Below, piece after piece: positions 63,959 through 64,000 of a stretch of DNA of 64,000 bases. Under the pieces are notes generated by a model. The model was not told the DNA's origin. It searched no databases and saw nothing but the letters and a program-made list of their open reading frames with translations. Origin of the DNA: Azolla caroliniana. Lineage: Eukaryota > Plantae > Polypodiophyta. The position numbers and the translations under genes are program-made. Where the stretch lies: positions 22,444,001-22,508,000 of the forward strand of contig JBHGNT010000004.1 of the NCBI GenBank assembly GCA_043228905.1. The letters are read 5' to 3'. Position 1 is the first letter of the stretch. Each line of letters begins with the position of its first letter.

Positions 63959-64000
63959 TCGTTTTAAACTGATATGGTACTAAACTAATATATTCTTGTA

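Noticed and set aside
62400-64000. Host gene exons near the window end, and ORFs 63670-63972
   Set aside because: The ORFs arise from microsatellites, and the splice-like signals have no recognisable protein support.

Overview
This 64-kb window is eukaryotic, most likely from a non-seed land plant such as a fern, lycophyte or bryophyte. That is an inference from the retroelement lineages and plant-type tRNA primer sites. About 85% of it is a deeply nested LTR-retrotransposon cluster, which surrounds a roughly 5-kb island holding one apparently intact two-exon CYP71-clan cytochrome P450 gene (minus strand, 23603-22680 and 22533-21904, about 517 aa). Elements were resolved from LTR termini, target-site duplications (TSD), primer-binding sites (PBS) and polypurine tracts (PPT). 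They are: a truncated fungal-like non-chromoviral Gypsy (A) and an intact young relative (C; tRNA-Trp PBS, 4-bp TSD, -1 frameshift between gag-pro and pol); two Athila-like Gypsy copies (B1, B2) with an extra ~920-aa coiled-coil ORF after integrase; two near-intact Tork/Tnt1-like Copia copies (D1, D2); an older Copia (E) inside a Copia relic (F); four Tcn1-like chromoviruses (G, H, I, J); and a solo LTR (K). Main observations: (1) all four chromovirus LTR families carry an outward-facing, tRNA-derived Pol III A-box/B-box module with canonical spacing at the U3 end; (2) the same LTRs show Tf1-type self-priming plus a palindrome at the U3/R junction that could mask the 3' copy of the primer; (3) there are two kinds of slippery-site plus pseudoknot frameshift signal; (4) two independent insertions share the target TACGCG; (5) B elements have a hairpin where the PPT should be. 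Lineage names come from motif recognition only, not from database searches.
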